In this document: one piece after another, positions 59,101 to 64,000 of the stretch
Layout of the letters: every line of letters starts with the position of its first letter
How positions within the stretch are numbered: the first letter of the stretch is position 1
Virus record (IMG/VR): IMGVR_UViG_3300012016_000001
Span: 64,001 to 128,000 of that record
From: a virus
Taxonomy: Duplodnaviria > Heunggongvirae > Uroviricota > Caudoviricetes
DNA: 64,000 nucleotides
Strand: one strand, 5' to 3'
The notes under the pieces: generated by a model
The model's input: only the letters and a program-made list of their open reading frames with translations
What the model was told of the DNA's origin: nothing
Databases searched by the model: none
Made by a program: the position numbers and the translations under genes

Positions 59101-60746
59101 ATCTATACTAGGTCATCTCCTTCCTGCACTATTCCCTACATATCTCGACTTCTACTTCCATGTCTATTATAGAAATCCTAGTTAATATGGTCTTCTTCTC
59201 TTGTTATGGTTGGATTTAGATTATCATTATAAATAATTGTAGTAGATTTATCAAGTATACCTTCAGCTAACTATATAACATATATAGAATCTTTTAACTT
59301 ATTACATACTACAGCATCATAATATTTAATACTATTTCCAGTAAATTTCTAACATCTTAATAAATCCCCAGGTAGAAATATAGGAAGATTATCAGTATCA
59401 AACTATACTAAATACAAATTTGTATCATACACTACAGGAGTGTTACTTAATGCTTCTTGTGAGAAATATTTATGATAAGTCTTAACATATTTAACATCAT
59501 ATATATCTTCTCTATTTGCGCCATTAGAATCATTATACCAATTTATTCCTTCCTTTATTACTGCTATAGGCATAACTACATCAGTATCGAAATATTGGTC
59601 AAATAAGTTATCATAGCTAAATATAGAACTAGCTTCGTCACTCTATAAATCTTCTTCTCTAAAAGAAAAAGTTCTTCCTGCGTTATTTACATCCTATATA
59701 AAGCTGGATACCTTAGACTAATCATTACAAAGAAATACTTTTAGATTTTTGTAATTGTAGTCGCTTTTAGCCTATCCCTATCCTGTATTTGAAGACATCT
59801 AGTCACTAGACCAATTATCTATGCTTACTCCATTATGTGTCACAATGAGTCCTTCATGGTTCTGTAATCCTAAAATAGCTGATTTTATAGCAGTTTCTGA
59901 TGAACTAGATGGGCTGATGGACTGCCATATAGTCTCTGCATCTGCATTTATTACTTTCAATCTGCAAGTATACTTTACCTTACTTGCATTAGTTACCCAT
60001 AATGAACCATTAGTAGCTCTTACTTTATTAACTACGAGTTCATATACATACATAGCTTTACGCACTACTATGTAATCTATAGTAAGTGTATTTGTTTGCC
60101 CATCTATTCTCCATCCATATCCTCCAAATCCACTTGCAAAGTCTGGAGTTCCTACACTTCCTGCATGTAAGGAATCTCTATAGTGTAAAGTATTAGCTCT
60201 ATAATATACAGGGTGATTAAAATAAGTATTATTATTAAATTGCCAAGAACCTCCTATTACTTCATTCTTATTTTTCTAAGCAAAAGCACTACTAGGAAGG
60301 CCTTCAAGGTACTAAGCATTAAGATTTTTAACAAGAGAAGCAGAAATTACTCTAAGAGGAGGAGTTCCAGACTAAGTATTTATAGTTAAAGCTCCAGTCA
60401 TAGTATCTCCAGTCTTCTTTACATATCTAGTATCCTAAGTACTTACACTTATTAATTCTACTAATTCTCCATCAACCTTTATATAGAGTATATCAGAAGA
60501 TTTATCATAGATAAAACTTCCATCATTTATGTTGAGTTCATCTAATTCTTCAAGTCCATCTATAATTATTGTCTTATTAGCAATGGATTCTCCAGAGCTA
60601 GATGTAAGACTAGAGATGATTTCATCCAATGTCTAGGCTTTGTTTCGGGACTTAATATAGATCTTGCCTAGAGACTCTAATACTAAGTCAGCCGAAACAT
60701 CACCTACAACATTTACGTTTTTACCAAATAAAGTATCTGTTCTCAT
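56178..60746 (-). CDS. Large tail / tail-fibre-associated protein, 1522 aa (TAG=Gln)
   Basis: Fragments 56580 to 60435 are in frame; start MRTDTLFGK at 60746. Contains 'FASGFGGYGW', 'VRKAMYVYELVVNKVRATNGSLWVT', 'KARFGRLDGI...GFGLYGENVFLTG' and 'IEAKSGTIGGFKI', typical of phage tail proteins. Confidence 0.7.
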
Positions 60747-63700
60747 TGATTGTCTCTCCAATTAACAGGTAGCCATGTTATATCAGAATGTACGCTGATA
60801 AAGTCATTAGCATTATTAATATTAGATTTAGAAACTCCTTCAATATAACCAGCCCATGATATGATATAATTACCTAACATAAGAGGAATAGTTCCAGATA
60901 ACAAGGAATTATTAAAGAATGCACTTGATACATCAGATAGATATGGATGAATCTCTGCATTTTCTGGCTAGAACATTGTAGAAGAAACATGTAATAATCC
61001 TCTAGTAACATATAAAGTATTAGTAACCTAGAATAAGGATGATATATCTCTAAGTTCGTGATTACTAATAAATGTATCCGCACTTACTTGAGGATATAAT
61101 ACTAACTATCCATTTATATAGGATGTACTATCATCATTTCTAATAGAATCTCCAAACACAGGACTGTCATATAGCTATATATCTGATAACATTCCATGTA
61201 CACTTCTTAGATTTGGTAGATAGTGTAAATTAAGATTCATATCTATTCCAGCTTCTACTGTGATTCCTCTAAATGTTTCGTTCAGACTGGTAATGTTAGG
61301 AGTATATCTAAATAAATCTGGAGGTAATTTGATTCCTCTTGATGCTTGTGCAGAAAGATGCTAAGAGTCATACTTATAACTACTAAATCCTATAAATGGA
61401 CATATTTGTAAATCCTAGAATACGTTTTCTAACTCAGTTATTTCTGTGTTATGAATAAATAACTTCATAGGTAATCTACCTTTTAGTCCATCCATTGGTC
61501 CATTTTCCATTGTTGTGAATCCATCACTTCCTGAAACAAGTGTATGAGTTTTGTAACTTAATCCTTGTAATGCATTCTTTAAGGTACAACTAGGAGCACA
61601 TGAGTAGAATAAGTCTGCAGGGAATATGTAATTCTAATAACAATTAGAATATCTATTAACTGGACCTTGTAATACTTGCTATTGCTGTATATCATAATCA
61701 TACACTTCAGAATCGAATGAAGAAAGACTTCTCCAAGACTCTGGCCAAGGATTTCCATCTATATATAATGGATCAGCATTATTTATATCAGAATAATCTA
61801 AACTAAAATATATAGGAGTACCAGGATTAGTAATTACTACGTCATTCCAAGTAGTTCTTTGTTGTCTTTCTCCTTTAAAGTAAACTTCATTCTCGCTTAT
61901 TGTTCTATCCATAGTATATCCTAGCTTGTAACACCCAGTAAATACATTCTGTAGATTAAGAATATTATTATTAGAAGTTCTAAAGAACTTATAAGGTATA
62001 GCTCCAAATACTCCAGAACTATCTAACATATTAGAGAAGTCAGTTATAGGATTACTTAAAAATCCTTCTCCTAATAACTTAATATTTAGATATTTATCTC
62101 CTTTAAATAGATTAGACACATTAATTAGTTTAGTGCAATCTCTAAATAATTCCTAAGATGGGAATTCATAAACTTGTCCATTGTTTCTTATAGTCTCATT
62201 AGAGAAGAATCCACTTACACTTAATAAATTAGAACATCCACTAAATATATTATTAGGAATTAAACTATTAGTAAAGTATATTCCAGACAATACATTAATT
62301 AAGGACGTTGGATCTAGGTTCATAAACATATTTCCATAAGTACTTAAATCCCCTAATAATTCGTCATTAGCACTCATAGAGAATGGGCCATTTATAATAG
62401 TAAAGTTAGGAATAGTATAATAACCATCAGTATTAGTTATACCTCCAAATACATTTGCATGTATTTCTCCAACTAATTTGACTCCAGTGTAAAGTGAATT
62501 ATTCAATGTAGTAGTAGTAGGCGTTTTTCCATTCGGATAATGAAATAAATAATCGAAAGTTATAGTACCTAACTATATACTATCTATAAGCATCTTTATA
62601 TTTGTACAACCCTAGAACATTCCTTTTGGAACTACATTGGTTAAGTTCTGTAAGTTCAAGAAAAAATCTTTAGAATGTAAATATCCATCACTGGGATTAT
62701 CTGTATCTGCACAACTATGTAATAATGTACAGTTAGAGAACATATAATCAGCTTCAGTTATAGAAGTATTACCCTTAAATGCATTATTGTCTATCCATTC
62801 AAGTTGTGTTCCTGCAAATGCATAGTTTGCAATACTTAAATGTGGTAAGTAATCTAGAATTCCTGCCCCACTTTCAGTTGTAGAATAGAAAACTCCAGAT
62901 ATTCCTGTACCTTCACAGAATGATGTAATATCAGTTACATTTGGACATTTATTAAATAAATCTCTCCATATAACTACGCTAATTGAAGAGCATCCCTAAA
63001 ACATTTTATTTAGAGTAGCAACATTCGCCTATAACTTTGACATTACATATCTAAAATCTTGTCCAGTAACTCCGCTTCCTGAGAACATTTCAGAATAAGA
63101 AGATAAATCAGGATTAAAACTTATATTACAGAAATTTCCAGGAATATAGTCATTAGTAAATACTACTCCTGTATAGTCAGTGTTTAATTTTAAATTTAGA
63201 CATCCTTGAAATACCTAAGTACCACTTAATTCAAAATTGCCTACTAGTGCTCTTAAACTAGAACATCCTTTAAATGCTCCTCCAGTCAACTAAATCTTAT
63301 GGTTCTGTATATTTGGACATTGTACTTCTACTAAAGCGTAATTATTAGAAGCAATTATACTAGAAAGATTTGTATGTCTAGTTAAATCTAGTATTGTAGA
63401 TATATTTCCTCCATAGTTAAATGCAGTAATAGTAGTATTAGCTATATTTAAATTTTTAAGTGATGTCCATTGTGAAGAAAATTCTATATTATCTGCAATA
63501 GTATTACTTAAATTAACTGTTTCTAGATTCTAAGCACCTTGTAAGAATATATCTAAATTTGGATTATTTTGTCCTTGAATATCAAATATTTTCAGTCCTT
63601 CACATGCAGATATAGTTATTTGTTCTAATGGACTAATTAATCTACCATTGAATATACATGTTAGAGATTCTAATCCTGGACAGTTTGTTAGTATTACTCT

Positions 63701-64000
63701 TTTTACTGAGGGTGGTACTACTAAATTTTTAAGTTTAGGACAGTTAGTAAGGTTAATTACCTCAAGTTCATTACATCCATCTAGTAATAGTTCTTCTAGC
63801 AAAGGCTATCCAGAAAAGTTTACTTCTTTAATCTTAGTGTCACTAGCATTTAAATACTTAAGAACTCCAGCTTCTGGCAATGAAATATCATTAAATGAAG
63901 AACCTGAAATATCTAACCACTCAAGACTAGGTAAGTTTTTAACAAAATCCAATCCCTAGTAAACGATTTGTGCATTTCTTGTAAGTAAAACTCCTGATAA
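60743..64000 (-). CDS. Leucine-rich-repeat / BspA-like tail fibre (probable receptor-binding protein), 5'-partial, more than 1085 aa (TAG=Gln)
   Basis: Fragments 61679, 62153 and 63530 are in frame. LxxLxLxxCxxL repeats (LEELLLDGCNELEVINLTNCPKL) are followed by 'MFxGCxxL'/'AFxGCxxL' repeats. TGA at 60743 overlaps the next ATG. Confidence 0.75.

Noticed and set aside
2702-63959. The roughly 40 short + strand ORFs opposite the late genes (e.g. 11163..11528, 30082..30423, 54156..54539)
   Set aside because: They are antisense shadows of long minus-strand genes, with no motifs and Ser/Leu/Phe-rich mirror composition.
2353-64000. Reading the fragmented minus-strand ORFs as pseudogenes or a decayed prophage
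   Set aside because: Fragments keep frame over as much as 10 kb, break only at TAG, and retain catalytic motifs. That indicates recoding, not decay.
1-64000. Suppressor tRNA, inteins, group I introns, integrase, terminase or portal
   Set aside because: None recognisable. The intergenic gaps are too short, or lack cloverleaf motifs, and I saw no LAGLIDADG/HNH or intein-end signatures. These elements may lie outside the window.

Overview
The window is part of a crAss-like (Crassvirales) phage genome with a probable Bacteroidota host. It has two blocks that meet at a bidirectional terminator at about 2.33 kb. (1) 1-2307, + strand: an early/metabolic block with no TAG codons. It encodes the C-terminus of a possible NAD synthetase, NadD, a Nudix hydrolase, YqeY and a dNMP kinase. 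(2) 2353-64000, - strand: a late/virion block in which TAG encodes Gln (genetic code 15). The many short ORFs in the supplied track are fragments of about 24 intact genes. Fragments of one gene share a frame and end at TAG, while the real stops are TAA/TGA, mostly overlapping the next ATG. In transcription order the block contains: LRR/BspA-like tail fibre (partial), a 1522-aa tail protein, a small protein, a GH108 endolysin, an acidic scaffold-like protein, the major capsid protein, head/ring proteins, two probable IHF/HU-like genes, two muzzle/tail-stabilisation-like proteins, five smaller proteins sharing a [FY]xxGG motif, and four giant cargo proteins. The giants are 3049 aa (SF1 helicase), 3455 aa (virion RNA polymerase), 965 aa (zincin) and 1535 aa (PD-(D/E)XK-like). 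The most striking unexplained signal is paired terminal cysteines at all three junctions of the four giants, which suggests a covalent head-to-tail chain of about 9000 aa. Other strong leads are the NadE/NadD/Nudix cluster, the shared [FY]xxGG motif, and the absence of TAG from high-copy capsid genes. Gene boundaries were worked out by hand from frame arithmetic and spot-checked translation, not codon by codon. Family names come from motif recognition, with no database search.
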